From Eledone cirrhosa (taxonomy: Eukaryota), in assembly GCA_964016885.1 (NCBI GenBank), contig OZ024741.1, positions 120,032,001 through 120,096,000 of the forward strand: a DNA stretch of 64,000 nucleotides. Direction: 5' to 3'. Positions 26,360-39,103 of the stretch are shown here, in pieces (positions within the stretch are counted from its first letter, which is position 1; every line of letters begins with the position of its first letter). Below the pieces are notes generated by a model. That model saw only the letters and a list, made by a program, of their open reading frames with translations. It had not been told where the DNA came from and did no database searches. Made by a program: the position numbers and the translations under genes.

Positions 26360-27326
26360 TTGAAATGATCATAGTATAATAAACCTTCTAAGGAATTACA
26401 CCAGTCCAGCCTCCTGCTTTTTAAAATAATTAACTCCGTACTTGCATCACCATCTACACAAACGAAGACGGGTGAGTTGCATTACGTTTGAGTGCTATCC
26501 ATAATATTACATCGAGCTTGACCATACGGAATTATCAGTTCTATCCAGTGGTGAACCAACAAAGCTAAATAAATAATGCTCCAGGAAATGTCGAGCGCTT
26601 TCAGATGTAATAAGGATAAGGGGCCCTGACTCCAGTGTACAGTTATCGCCAGCATGGGACTAACTACACACCATTCAGATTTTGGCTGCATTGAGCTTTA
26701 TCTACCGCCCACCTGGACCATACATTGCTGCTTCCCTATCGAGAGTATTCAGACTCCGTCAGACCTCATAGATTCTTCAAAAAATCAACATATTCTACTA
26801 TACTCTGTATTGTATTGACTGAATTATCTATCCTGGGGATTCACATTGAAAATTAAGACTCGAACATACACTAGGTATCACCTGATGCCATTCCAACTCT
26901 TCCATCCTCTATATCTATATGTATAACCTTGTATTCTCCGACCGTGCTATATATTGTACACTTACTTGACCTTGATATGTATTTTATTTCTCCTGTATTT
27001 TGATTTCTTCGATATGTTCTTATATACTTCCTTTTTACTCCCTACATCACCACCTTAGGTATGGCTGTATTTTATTTATGTATTTTACTTATGGTTTTAT
27101 TTATGTATTTATTTACTCGCTTTACTCTCATTATATACTTATCCTTGTACTCATTAGCACACGACCCTAGAATATTACTCTCTGTACCCCTATATCTGTT
27201 TATCTTTATTCACTCCCCCTACCCACCCAAGAATCACACTACATATAACCCAGACTAACTGGGGACTAAATATAGTCTATTGACACATTTCGTCAGATTT
27301 TGCCACTGTTAAACTTCACATCACGG

Positions 27327-27853
27327 GTGTGAATAACTAATAATCGTTTGGTACACGCGATGATCCGACGGATGTGGCGGCTTTCCCGACTGCACGCCAG
27401 GCGCTCGGGTCGATCAGCCTTCCTAGAGTGCTTGGAAAAATAAATTTCCCCTTTTTTCGGTAAACGATAATACTCGGAACGGCTGCTTCGCCCTGGGGCC
27501 CTGTCAGACTTGGAACCCGCCGCGCCACCGGTTATTGACCGCCAAACAGTACCTTTAAATTCTAGGCTTAACCATAACTTTTAACTTTATCTTGCCTCCT
27601 TCTACTAGCACTTAACTAAATCCCCCACCAGTGTGAATAACTAGTAATCGTTTGGTATATACGATAGCCAGCCGACGGTGGCGCACTTCCCGCTAGCACA
27701 CCCGACGCTTAAGACAGTTAACATTCCTGGAGTGCTCGGAAAAATAAATTTCCATTTCTTTCGCTAGACGATAATACTCGGAACGGCTGAAACGCCGTTG
27801 GGTCCCGGGCTGGCCGGGGGTCCGCGACGTCGCTGGTTATTGACCGCTAAGCA
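27327..27853. repeat. Two diverged ~222-bp CpG-rich tandem modules
   Basis: 27327-27548 and 27631-27853 align almost without gaps and share several invariant blocks. Confidence 0.9.
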
Positions 27854-28402
27854 TGGGCTTAATCTTTACTCTATATTCTACCCTGAAACTTTATCGTGAC
27901 TATCTATAATACACTTAAACTTTTCATAAAAGCCTCCCTCTGTAAATTCTTTAACTAAATCTCACAACTTTAAACCTAAACTTTATTTTTCTAATTTCAT
28001 CTTAAATGGCATTTTCTAACTCTAAACATAAATTTAACGCTTCTAATACTTAATCGTAATTTCTGTCCATACATTATACCATGCAGACACCTACTATATA
28101 TTACTATATATAGCTTTGTTAAAGATATATGTTCTTTGAAAAAATATGTTTCGCGGCACTTTCTAACACTCATGACCAGCTTGATTGTAACCTGATCTCA
28201 ACGCTGGCCTCTGTCTTTGACGGGGTGGTAGTAGTACACTATAAACCTACGCCCCTTCACCAGATGGACATAAGTAGGCTTAATAATCACCACTTGAGGG
28301 CGGCTGACTGGGGTAGAAGATGCTAAATGTTCGGTCGCCCGCATGTTTCTGATTTTTCAGCCCCATCGATTTTGTCTATTATATTCCTTTGCTATATCTC
28401 GA

Positions 28403-28459
28403 ATATCTGATGATGTCACCGGATTCATACTGAACCCGTCATTGAAATGATCATAGTAT
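28403..28459 (+). ncRNA. Type-I hammerhead ribozyme
   Basis: ATAT-CTGATGA-[..GGATTCA tac TGAACCC..]-GAAA-TG AT CA-TA-GTAT. Palindromic ATGATCAT stem III. Confidence 0.75.
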
Positions 28460-28504
28460 AACAAACCTTTTAAGTAATAACACCTGTCTAGCCTCCTGTT
28501 ATTT

Positions 28505-28582
<78 letters not shown>

Positions 28583-28588
<6 letters not shown>

Positions 28589-29330
28589 CAGGTAAAATTC
28601 CCAAGATCCATGGTCGAGTTCTCTCCAGCGGTCTCTGTCTTTCATCATTGCCGCCATGTCCTGCGTCTCCAAGAGACTTGTGTCTGTCGTTAGAGCAACA
28701 ACATATGTCAACCTCGGTCTCCCCCTTCTAGTGTGTCCGTGTTGGGTCCCCCACAGGAGCACTGAATGCAGTGTCAACTCTGAATATCGGTGAGTATGTC
28801 CAGCTAACCTCAGTCCCCTCTGTGTTACTTTCGAGCTGAGTTTCGGGAGGCTCCCGTACAGCTCTGAGTTTTTCATCCTCAGTGTATACTGATTAATGTT
28901 CAGAGCCATCCTCAGCATTCTCGTGTAGCACCCATCTACAACCTGAGTGAGTTTCTTGGTCAGTGTCCAAGTCTCAGACCCGTAAAGTAGCACAGACTCC
29001 ACTTTAGCAACGAAGAGACGGATGTTCAGGTCTTTACGAAGGACCGACTTCCACACCGATCTCAAACTGTGACACGCCGCTCAGGCTTTGCTCCTCCTCT
29101 CAAACACATCATCCTCTGTGTTCCCAATCTTTGCTCCAATATTCAGGAAGTCCTCAACCAACTCTAGCGGCTTCCCGCCTACATTCATAATCTTCTCTGG
29201 CTTCTTAATGTTCTTTACCAGATACTTCGTCTTAATCGCATTCATTCTTCATTTTCAGCCCCACACTCATCGACAGCATCAACTCCTCTGCCTCCTTCAC
29301 TGTGTTTGTCACCAGAACTAGGTCGTATAT
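28583..29330 (-). mobile_element. RTE-type LINE 3' fragment
   Basis: LLYGSETWTL..YTRMLRMAL..LRLAGH..RRGRPRLTY. Ends in (TA)n. Same family at 50518-51110. Confidence 0.8.
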
Positions 29331-29644
29331 ATACATATATGTTGTTTTTGCCGAGAATAAGGGACATAATCATTACTTTAAAACTCATAGCGAATGGACT
29401 TCAAAATGTTTCTAATTAAACATATAGTATATTGCCAAATATACTATACATACATTCATATATATATATATATATATATATGAGTGGGGGGGGGGGGGGG
29501 TCTGCTGGTATATGTTATCTGTGTGTGTGTTCGTGTGATTTGTTAAAGGAAGACTTGAAGCTTGAGTGCGCTTATAAAGAGAAGAGGGAATGGAAATGTG
29601 TGCTTAAAAGGAAAGAATGCAGGAAATATATGTTGCCAAGTTAA

Positions 29645-30800
29645 TCTCTGTCAGCCCGGAGGTGGCGGTGGAGTTGTCGTACTGCTGTAAAAACATCTGG
29701 GTCTCGCCACACAGATAGTTCACTTGGACCCAGGGAGTCGACCGGTGGTGCTGGACCTTGGCAGTGGTGAAGGTGGAGCCTTTAGGTTGGTAGCCGCATG
29801 AGCCCCATTTGGGACAGAGCGGCCCGACTTCTTCCAACGTCTGGAGACTTTTCTAGGGACGTCTCGTTCCCTGCTTTTAGTGGGGGACTGGAATGGTATC
29901 CTGGATTCACGTTGGGACTATGCAGGGGCATGTCCCGATAGAGGGGGGTGTAACAGCCTCAAGGGGTTACTCGGCCGATTTGACCTGGCCGATAGATTTC
30001 GACTAGATTTTCCGACTGCGCCAACCTGAACTTGGACAAATCGCAGCCGTCAATCTAAATCGTACCTAGATAGGTTCTTAGTTAGAAATAAGGATAGGGA
30101 CCTTATAAGTTGTCCAGAGATGCTCATGGTTGGCTATTAAGATCACAAATTAGTGACCTGCAAAGTCAACTTTGATAGAACGCATAGACAGGGTCCCGGT
30201 TACTGGAAGCTGAACTTGTCCTTACCGGTAAGTAAAGCTTACAGGGACCGGATTAGTACTTTAATTAAGGAGCGGTTGACTGGAGCGATCGTCAACAACA
30301 GGTGGTGGGGATCTCTCAAGAGAGAGATTATATTAGTCTCGATAGAATTTAGTAAGGTTTTAGCTGCGGATAGGAATAGAAAGGAAAAAGGGAGCTGACA
30401 GATAGAGTAGAAGAGGCAATTGGAAGCGGCGACGTGGCCAGAGTGCTAGCGTCGAGAACGGCCTTGAACCAGTTTTTCGACGCGAAGCACGAAGGCTGCG
30501 TTGTCCGAAGTAAAATACGTGCTCTATGGAACGAGGGGACCAAAGCTGTTACCTGGGCCCGCGTGACAGAAGCCAAGAGTGGAACTAAATCCACCATCCG
30601 GTATTTGCGACACCAGGATGGACGGGTGATCCTTGAACCTAAGCAGATGTGTGAGACTTTTCATAGGCACTTTGCCCGATTATTCGGAAGGGGCGGGGGG
30701 CCGGATGGGGATGTTGAAATTCGATCCATACCTCGACGGCCTGCCGCGTCTTTCGGACGAGGAGGCGAGGTCCTGCGAGAGGCCGATTTCAGCTGCTGAA
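29645..30800 (+). mobile_element. Tx1/L1-clade LINE ORF2 fragment
   Basis: GPGYWKLN and QFFDAKHEGCVVR; colinear with the other Tx1 copies. Confidence 0.85.
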
Positions 30801-32460
30801 ATATTGTTTTTGCAGCAAAGCGCCTGATGTTAAATATACTGCCTGAGTTTCGATACCGGATGTAAACACCATGCTCGCAATTCCTGAATGCAATATAGAA
30901 AACCATTGCAAAGTATATGGCAAACAGGGTCGATGCTGAGATAGGCTCCGACATGTTACCTCCGACATTAACCCAAGCCTTCATGTCGTCATGGAAAGAC
31001 CTAACTAAAGCAAGGAACTTATCAGGGCAATCAAGTTTCTGGAGAAATAATGCATTTCTGTTAACAGTATCGAAAGCTTTTGTCAGATCGACAAAAACCT
31101 GATACAGATCCAAACCTTGTTCCATGCACTTCTCCTGGAGCTGTCTAGCTGATAAGATCATATCAGTAGTGCTGCGTCCAGCACGAAAACGAGATTGACT
31201 TTCAGGAAGAACACAATCTGCAATGTGTGTCAGCAGACGGTCCAGAAGCACCCTACATAAAACTTTCCCTACGACAGAAAGCAATGATATACCTCTGTAG
31301 TTCCCACAATCATTCCTGTTACCCTTTCCCTTGTACAAGACCACCATTACTGCATCTCTCCAGTCCTCAGGTACGGATTCATTAGCCCATATCCTGCCAA
31401 ACAAAGAGTGAAGATGTTGCAGGAGTCTCTCACCATCATATTGTAGGAGCTCTGCATGTATGCCATCCATACCTGGAGATCTTCCACTGTTCAGCTTCGA
31501 GATAGCCACTGCAACCTCCACAAGCGTGGGAGGTTCTGCGAGAGCTACTTCCACAGGACTTCCTGGAAAGAGATTGAGGAAATCTTCATTGACGACAGAC
31601 GGCTGATTCAAAAGCTCATGAAAGTGCTCTCGCCACCTTCGTAGAATTCCTTGTAAGTCACGAAGAAGTTCTTTGCCATGCCTGCTGCGAAGCGGTGTCA
31701 CCAGAGAAGAAGACGGTCCATAAACTTCACGCAAGAGACTGTACAACAGCTTTGTGTTATTGGAATCTGACGCAGTTTGTATCTCATCAGCCTTCTCACT
31801 CCACCACTGATCATTCATCTGAGAAAGACTCCGCCTAACACGTGATTTCACATCCTTGAGTTCCTTATGCAACATATTCTTCTCATGTGGTTTTGCCGTC
31901 AAGTAGCGTGACAGAGCACGCCTCTTATCACCCAACAAGTCTTCTATATGTTCAGCATTCTCATTAAACCAGTCTTGATGTTTTCTCTGCACCAATCCCA
32001 GAACACGATGACTGTGTCTGCCTGAGGGATATTTCTTAAAACACATTTCAAGGCATGGTAAAAGGACACTTTTTCTTCATCGACAGAATTCATAGTTGGA
32101 GCATACACACTCATCAGGGTCGCATATCTTCCTTTGTCCAACAGAATTCTGATAGACATAAGACGCTCACTAATCCCTACTGGGAATACTCCTAATTTAT
32201 TCACAAGAACAGTCTTAACAGCAAATGCTACCCCAGCCTCTCTTCTGGTTCCTTCATCTCTTCTTTTCCAGAAGAATGTATATTCTCCACAAAATTCTGT
32301 AAGATGACCATCTCCAGCTAACCTCGTCTCAGATAAAGCTACGATGTCAAGATCGTAACGTCGAAGCTTATTTGCAACAAGAGCGGTCCTTCGTTCAGGA
32401 CGTTCCAAGGAATCCCTGTCAAGCAGCGTCCGTACGTTCCAGCAGCCAAGACTAAATGCC
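30800..32460 (-). mobile_element. RTE-BovB-like LINE (APE and RT N-terminal half)
   Basis: ERPERRTALVA..DIVALSETRL; NYRGISLLSVVGK..FRAGRSTTDMI..FVDLTKAFDTV. Confidence 0.9.
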
Positions 32461-32659
32461 TTGTTTGGCTCTATTACAGTGGCACGATGACGAGCGGGCC
32501 CAAGCTGTGATAACCTGGGGCCCCTGCCCTTATTGCCAATTATCTCGTTTGTTCCAGACCTTTATTGCCAATTATCTCTTTTATATTGTTTTGGAACATC
32601 ATTGAATTGGGAAAAGAAAAAAAAAGTAATAATAATATGAACAATAATAATAATAATAA

Positions 32660-35600
32660 TAATGTTTTCTTTATTAACCACAAGGGTTTACATAAAGTAT
32701 ACATTAAGGACAGTACAGGACAATACAGGACGGTAGAAATGGGCATTTCTGCGTGTAAAAAAAACAGAGGATGAAATGAAACAACAAAGAAAAATTCCCC
32801 AATAGGGGGGAGACTTCCGAGGGACATTTGTGGAGAAAGCCCATTAAAAGACCACAGTGGCCCTGACCACCAGGGCAAGTGCCCTCTCCCAGTTTTCCAC
32901 CTTTAATTTACAGACACATAATCAGAGAAGGCCCATTCATTCGGGCCATACTTGCTTCTCTCACCCATCTTTCAACAAAATGCTGGGAAGAGAGCACTTC
33001 CCTCTCTACCCTGATTTTCCTTTTCAGATGAAATTTGAAAAAGTTAATCAGGGCATCACCGAAGAGGTAAGTGCTCGTCTTCAGCCCTTTCAAACGTGTC
33101 CACCATACTATCTCTTTCGCCATGGCCACCAGACAGATAAAAACTGCCTGCCCTTCCCGGCTAAAGGAAAAGGGTGGGGCAATCCTCACGATGGACTCAG
33201 CTGATAGCCGGATCCGTCCTACACGTGACAGGAGGTGTTCGACATAAACCCACAAGTCAGCAATGCTCGGACACTGGACGAGTGCGTGCAGGACGGTTTC
33301 GTCGCCCTGTGCGCATCTCGGACATGCCCGGCTGACGGCACCTCCATGCCTGTAAAGTTTATCCCGAACTGGCAAAGCACCCCGGTAGCACTGCCAGGCC
33401 AGGGATTTCTGGAAGTTGTCCATAGGCCCCGGCCCGAAAGTCCTTCCGAAGAGATTGGCTAGTTGATTTTCGTCGACGCCTAGAGTTTCTCCAAGTACGT
33501 CGTCGCTCTTCCCCTCCACTAATCCCCTATAGAACGCCAAGGTGGAGTTTCCACCGATCACATTGCCCGATTGGTCGAGGGCTGTGAGCGCCTGAAGACA
33601 TTCCAGTCTCCAAGCGCTCCCACTCGGTCTTCGCTTGACCCAGGACTGCAGCTCCGTCAAGGAGACGAGCTGGGGAACAACGTGTCTAGCAAACGGCGAC
33701 CACACCTGATCACCGTCGAGGAAGAGGTGGAGATGTCGTAGCCTGAGCGCGTGTCTGCGCATCAACAGCCACGGCATGCCCAGCCCTCCACGTAGCGGGT
33801 GTTGACAGCAGATGGACCGCCTGACCATTGGAGCGCGTCCCTTCCACAAGAAGCGAAAGAGCAAACGCTCCAGCGCAGTCAGGCGGGGCTTAGGACAAGG
33901 TACGACGGTCAGGAGGTAGTAGATGACGGATGCGATGTACGCATTCGCCACCTCCGCTCGACCTTTCAGGGATAGCTTCCTCTCGGCCCATTTCTGGGTG
34001 AGAGAAGCCACCCTGCTCGTCACCTCGTCCCAGTTTTTGTCCGTCTGGAGGTCTGGACCGAACCAGACCCCTAGCAATTTAACCGGTCCGTCCAGCGCCC
34101 GACGACGCTGTTGGACGGCATGGACCTGCCTCTCCGGGTGCCGAGCTGCATGCCCACTGACTTTTCCTGGTTGATCATTGCTCCTGTCACCGCTTCGTAT
34201 TCTCTTAGTGTAGTGCTGATCGCCTCGATGTGTTTGGCGTTCGACACCACTACGGTGAAATCGTCGGCATATGCTGACACGGATCTTCAGCATCCTAGTT
34301 CGCGCGGGACCCCCTCAACGTCTCCAGTTTTTGCAGTAATGGCTCGAGAGTCAATACGTACAATAGGGACGAGAGGGGACATCTTTGGCGGACCGAGCGC
34401 ATGATGTTGAACAGTTCCGAAAGGTAACCATTCACTCTCACTACAGAGCAGATGTCACTGTGCATGGCAGCGATCCAGCCTCTGAAGACGGGCCCAAAGC
34501 CAGCCGCCCTCAGGACTGCCGCTAGGTAACGATGGTCGACCCTATCGAAGGCTTTCGACTGATCTAAATTGATCAAAGACCCACCCGTGCCAGGTTCCCT
34601 AGCTACCCTCTCTACGATGTATCGCATGAGGTGGAGGTTGTCGTGGATGGATCTGTCGGGAATGGCGCATGTCTGTGCCTCTCCCACCAGACCACCAACG
34701 ACAAGCGCCAACCTCTTTGCTAGCACCTTGGCCACAATCTTGAACTCTGTGTTTAGCAGAATTATGGGCCTAAAATTATCTATGTTATCCCCCTTGTTCG
34801 GATCCTTTCTCAGCAGCGCCACCGCTCCTCGGCTCACAGAGCTGGGAATTCTCCCGTTCTGTTGCCAGTTGCAGTAGACATCCGCCAAGAGGCCTCCGAA
34901 CAAGTCTGGCATTTGTACGTAAAGTCCATAGGGCAGACCATCTAAACCAGGCGATTTACCCCTTGTGCAGTCAGTCATTGCCTCCCGTACTTCAGCGGTT
35001 GTTATCGGCTTTTCGCAACACTCCGCCTCAGTGGCCGAAATCCGCGGCAGTCCGTCGAGGTAGACACTAAAGTCCATCCCTCGAACCGGCCCGCCACTGC
35101 CCCCGAACAGTTGAGCGAAGTGTCGCTGAAAAGCTTCACACATTTGCCCGGGATCGAGTAGCATGCGCCCGTCGTGGTCCACCAAAGACCGGATCGTGGC
35201 TTTATTGCCACGAAGCACCTCCGCCTCTCGGGCCCATTGAACGGCTTTCGTCCCCTCGTGTCTGAGACCACGCACCCTAGCTCTGACAACGCAGCCTTCG
35301 TGCTTTGCATTGAAGAATTGGTCAAGGGCCAATTTCGCCGCAAGTACGTCGGTCGCGATGCCTTTGCTAAGCGCCTCGTCTAATTTTCTAACTAATTCTC
35401 CCTCTGCTCTATTTTTCTCTATTGCTAAAGCCTTACTAAACCTAATGGACTCTATTCTAATTGCTCTTTTTAGAGCAAACCACCACTTGTTGTTGACGAT
35501 GGCCCCCATCAACGCTCGCTTAACTAGTTTGCTAATCCGGTCTCTGTAGGCCTTGCGCGCTGGTAAGGATGCGTTTAGCTTCCAGTAGCCGGGTCCTCGT

Positions 35601-38413
35601 CTATGAAGCCTATCTAAGTCAAGCACACAGATCATGAATTTGTGGTCCGTGTAGCTGACTATCTTGAATTGTGGACAGCCTATGCTAGACCTATCTATTT
35701 CCCTACAAAATACTCTATCTAGATATGATTTGGATGACCCTATGCGACAGTTCAAAACGCCTGAGCAGGCTGGTGAGGCTCTTGCACTCTCCTCCCCTAT
35801 CCGCTGATCCCACACAGTCCCAGCGTGCATCTAAGATCCCGTTCCAGTCGCCCATTAACACTAAAGAGCGGGACGTTCCAAGAAAGGTCTCCAGACGCCG
35901 GAAGAAATCAGGCCGCCCTGCTCCTGTCGGGACATAGACGGCCACTAGCCTGAAAGCTTGCCCGTCTCCACTGGTCACGTCCAGCACCACCAACTTACCT
36001 TCTGGGTCCAAACCTCTCCGAAAAAGCACAGCAACTCCTCCCCCGATCCAGGACGGCTGGGAGATGCGTACACATCGTAGCCGCCGAAGATCGGTGCGAA
36101 GGCCCGTGCTTCGGAGATTCTGGTCTCGCTGATGGCCACTACATCTATGTTTAGTGACCTGAGGCCCAAGCCACGCGCATTTATGCTGCCTATTCTGAGT
36201 GAGTTCATGTTGAAATGGAGTGGAAAAGATGGGAAAGACCACTTACCTTACTTCTCGTAGAGGAAGGATGGTTTGTCCATCCTTTTCACTGCTTGTGGCC
36301 TCCTCCGGAAGGATGTCCTTATAAACCATCCTGGAGAGTGCTTGTCGGAAGTCTCCAATGTCTTTGGGAAATTTTTGTTTTAGTGTCATGTACGTTTTCT
36401 GTTTGATGCGAGTGATTTGTATGTGTGGAGGTGGTGTGAATTTTTGGGGTGTTGTGTAGTCTTTTTCTTTGATGTTGGTGTTGTGTTGGATGTAGTGTAG
36501 TAATTGGTTGTTGTTCGAATTTAGTGATGTGCAGTGTGTATCGTTTTGGTTATTTTGTTTTATTTGCGTTTGTTGTGGGTTTGTTTCTGTTGCGCTTTTT
36601 GGTGACTTTTGTGGTGTTGGTGATGGTGGTGTTGGGGTTAATGATGGTGATGGTGTTGGTGTTTGTGGTGATGGGGTTGGTGATGCTGGTGTGGATGGTG
36701 GCATAGCTGTCCTAACTTTTTTGTTTGTTAGTTTATTTGTTTCGCTCTGTATTTTGTTTTTGGAGGGGGAAGGAAGAGGATTTTTTCTTTTCGGGGATCT
36801 TTTTCTTTTTTTCATTTTACTGATACCGTTTCCCACTCCTCGTCGTCACAATCTGTCTCCAGTTGCGATAGGTCGGGAAGTGGAAAATCCTCCACAGGCG
36901 ATGGTTTTGGTTGTGGCGTGGTGGATGGTGGAGGCGCTAGTGCTGGTTCTGGCGCGGTGGTTGGTGGTGGTGTTGGTTTTGCTACTTCTTGCTGGGCTTG
37001 TTTCTGCTACAGTTGCTTCTGGTGTTCCTGCTACAGTTGTTGCTACCATTTCTGCTGCTGGTGGTGTTGATGGTTGAGTCACTGGGGTGTGTAAGAGAGT
37101 TGGCCTCAACTTTTTAGCCTGAGGGCAGAAAGCCTTTAGGCGGGTTCCTTCACCACAAACGACACACCTAAGCCTTCTACCCTCGACGATTACGGTGAGG
37201 TGGCTGCCGTCAGTGAGGTCTATCACCTGTGGGATTTCTTCAATGTTTTTTTGGTCCGCTTGGATCAGGAGCTCCATCCCAGATCCAGACCAGTTCTCCT
37301 GCTTTTCTTTTGTTACCTCAATTATTTTCGTGTTGGCCTTGATGCCGGCGAGGACTGCAACCATTAGCCCGGAAATTTAGATGGCCGGTGGAACGTGGGT
37401 CACCCTGATCTTCACGAGTCTCTGGCCACAATAGCTTGGGACGAGTGTGAAGTCGTCGCTTCTTAATGGGGCCATGGAGTGCTCTCTGGCTTCCTGTGGT
37501 GTTTCAAAGAACACGTCCAGGTTTCCATATTTCTGCCCACGTCTGATGTGGGGTTTTTTCGCCCACACATGTCCCAAAGCTTTTTGTATGTGGGGCTCGG
37601 GTGCCCGTTCCACTCGGCGTGATTTTGTGTTTATCGTCCGATAAGACACGGTGCATAGGCGCCGATGCTCCATTTTATTAGGTGTAGGGGGGGCTGACCC
37701 TGTTCCCATCTTTTTTTACCATTCTCTTGGCTTCATTTAATTCATCCTGGCTTACCTCGATTGTTTCGCATTTCTTGGCTGCATTGGCAAACGACACATT
37801 TGCGCTGGTGTTGATGTTTTTGTTGTTATTCTCATTGTTATTGTTATTGTTGTTGTTGTTGTTATTGTTATTTTTGTTATTGTTATTTTTAGTTTCAGTT
37901 GTGGTGGTGGTGGCGTCAGTGGTGTTCGGTGTGGAAGAGTCGATTCTAGGTGAATCCATTTCGATGTCACGAGATAATAATTTTTTTTTGTTTCTGTTGT
38001 CGCTGTGGTGGTGGTGGGGTGGCGGCTTTAACACCTGCAGTTTTTGGTAATGGCGGGAAATGAATGTCTGCATGAGACAAATTAAAATTATTGCTACTGC
38101 TTATATTGTTAGTGTTGGCAAACGTAGTAATATTTACAATGGTGGTGTTGGTGTGAGATGTTAGTTTGTGAGGAAGGCTGTCAGATTCGTGTGGTTGTGA
38201 GTCGTCCATGATTTTTCAAAGAAAGTTTTTGTTTGATAATTATAAAAGTTTAAATTTTGGGCTCAAGGCCCCAATCTTTTTGAGTGTCCTTTTCAGAAAG
38301 CAATATATGTGAACTTATAAACACTTAACAACAAACATTTTCCATATTCGAAACAACTGAAAACAACAAACCTTTGCGGAGTTCACGATAATACGATTTC
38401 CTTCGTAGGTCGC
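32660..38413 (-). mobile_element. Apparently full-length (~5.75 kb) Tx1/L1-clade LINE flanked by (TAA)n
   Basis: ORF1 pieces 38209-36243 (poly-Asn N-terminus, CxxC..C knuckle). ORF2 pieces 36208-32908 (APE, RT with YADD, CPRC..ETVLH zinc finger). Several frameshifts. (AAT)n at both ends. Confidence 0.9.
32908..36208 (-). pseudogene. Tx1 ORF2 (endonuclease-reverse transcriptase), frameshifted
   Basis: ORF pieces 35975-36208, 35715-36242, 34295-35830, 34071-34280 and 32908-34293. Confidence 0.9.
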
Positions 38414-38414
38414 C

Positions 38415-38446
<32 letters not shown>

Positions 38447-39072
38447 ACTATTAATAATTATTAATTAATGCAATCATGCAATGCCTGTACGTGAAGAATA
38501 TTTTTAAAGTGAGGAAAGACTGTGCACTGAGCCAATCCCACTCTCTGAGCGGCAGTAGCTATAACCCGAAAAGAAGTAAAGATCAACATCATCGGTAACT
38601 ACTGAGCCGCAGGTTTTATGTCGGAGTTAACCCAGTTTCCTGAGATGCCTTCTCCTAGAAGAATGCCCTGACAAGGGCTAGGGGTTCTTCACTCCCAGTG
38701 GTCTAACTGCGCGATCGGGTATCCAGCCCGACTATTTCTATGTCCCCGCGCATAAAAAAAACTCACTTATTGACACTCATACGTACGACATACACACACG
38801 CGTGCACACACCAACACTCATGCATACAAACAAAACCACACACGCTACTCACTTACACATACACGCATATTGTATATATATATATATATCTATATATATA
38901 TATTACCGTCATTACTTATACAAGATTACAAGATTATGTCAACTGTTGACTTTTAAAAGAGTTCGTATAGTTGAAGCCGTTCGTGTTACCGTTCAGTATT
39001 ATTATAATTGCTTTACAGCATACATACATACATACATACATACATACATACATACATACATACATACATACA

Positions 39073-39103
<31 letters not shown>

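Larger units (their letters stand above)
26357..28505 (+). mobile_element. Non-coding direct-repeat-bounded element with a 3' HHR (retrozyme or non-autonomous PLE-like)
   Basis: A ~65-bp direct repeat TCATTGAAATGATCATAGTATAA..GCCTCCTG lies at both ends, with (TA)n on both flanks. HHR at 28403-28459. No credible ORF. Confidence 0.7.

Noticed and set aside
27250-27282. CAGACTA...ATATAGTCT resembling the group I intron P7 (R/S) elements
   Set aside because: Too short, and I could not build P3-P6 or P8; it could be a chance small pseudoknot.
30661-30800. C-terminal extension of the 461-aa RTE ORF
   Set aside because: Read-through into the antisense strand of the adjacent Tx1 fragment, not a real fusion.
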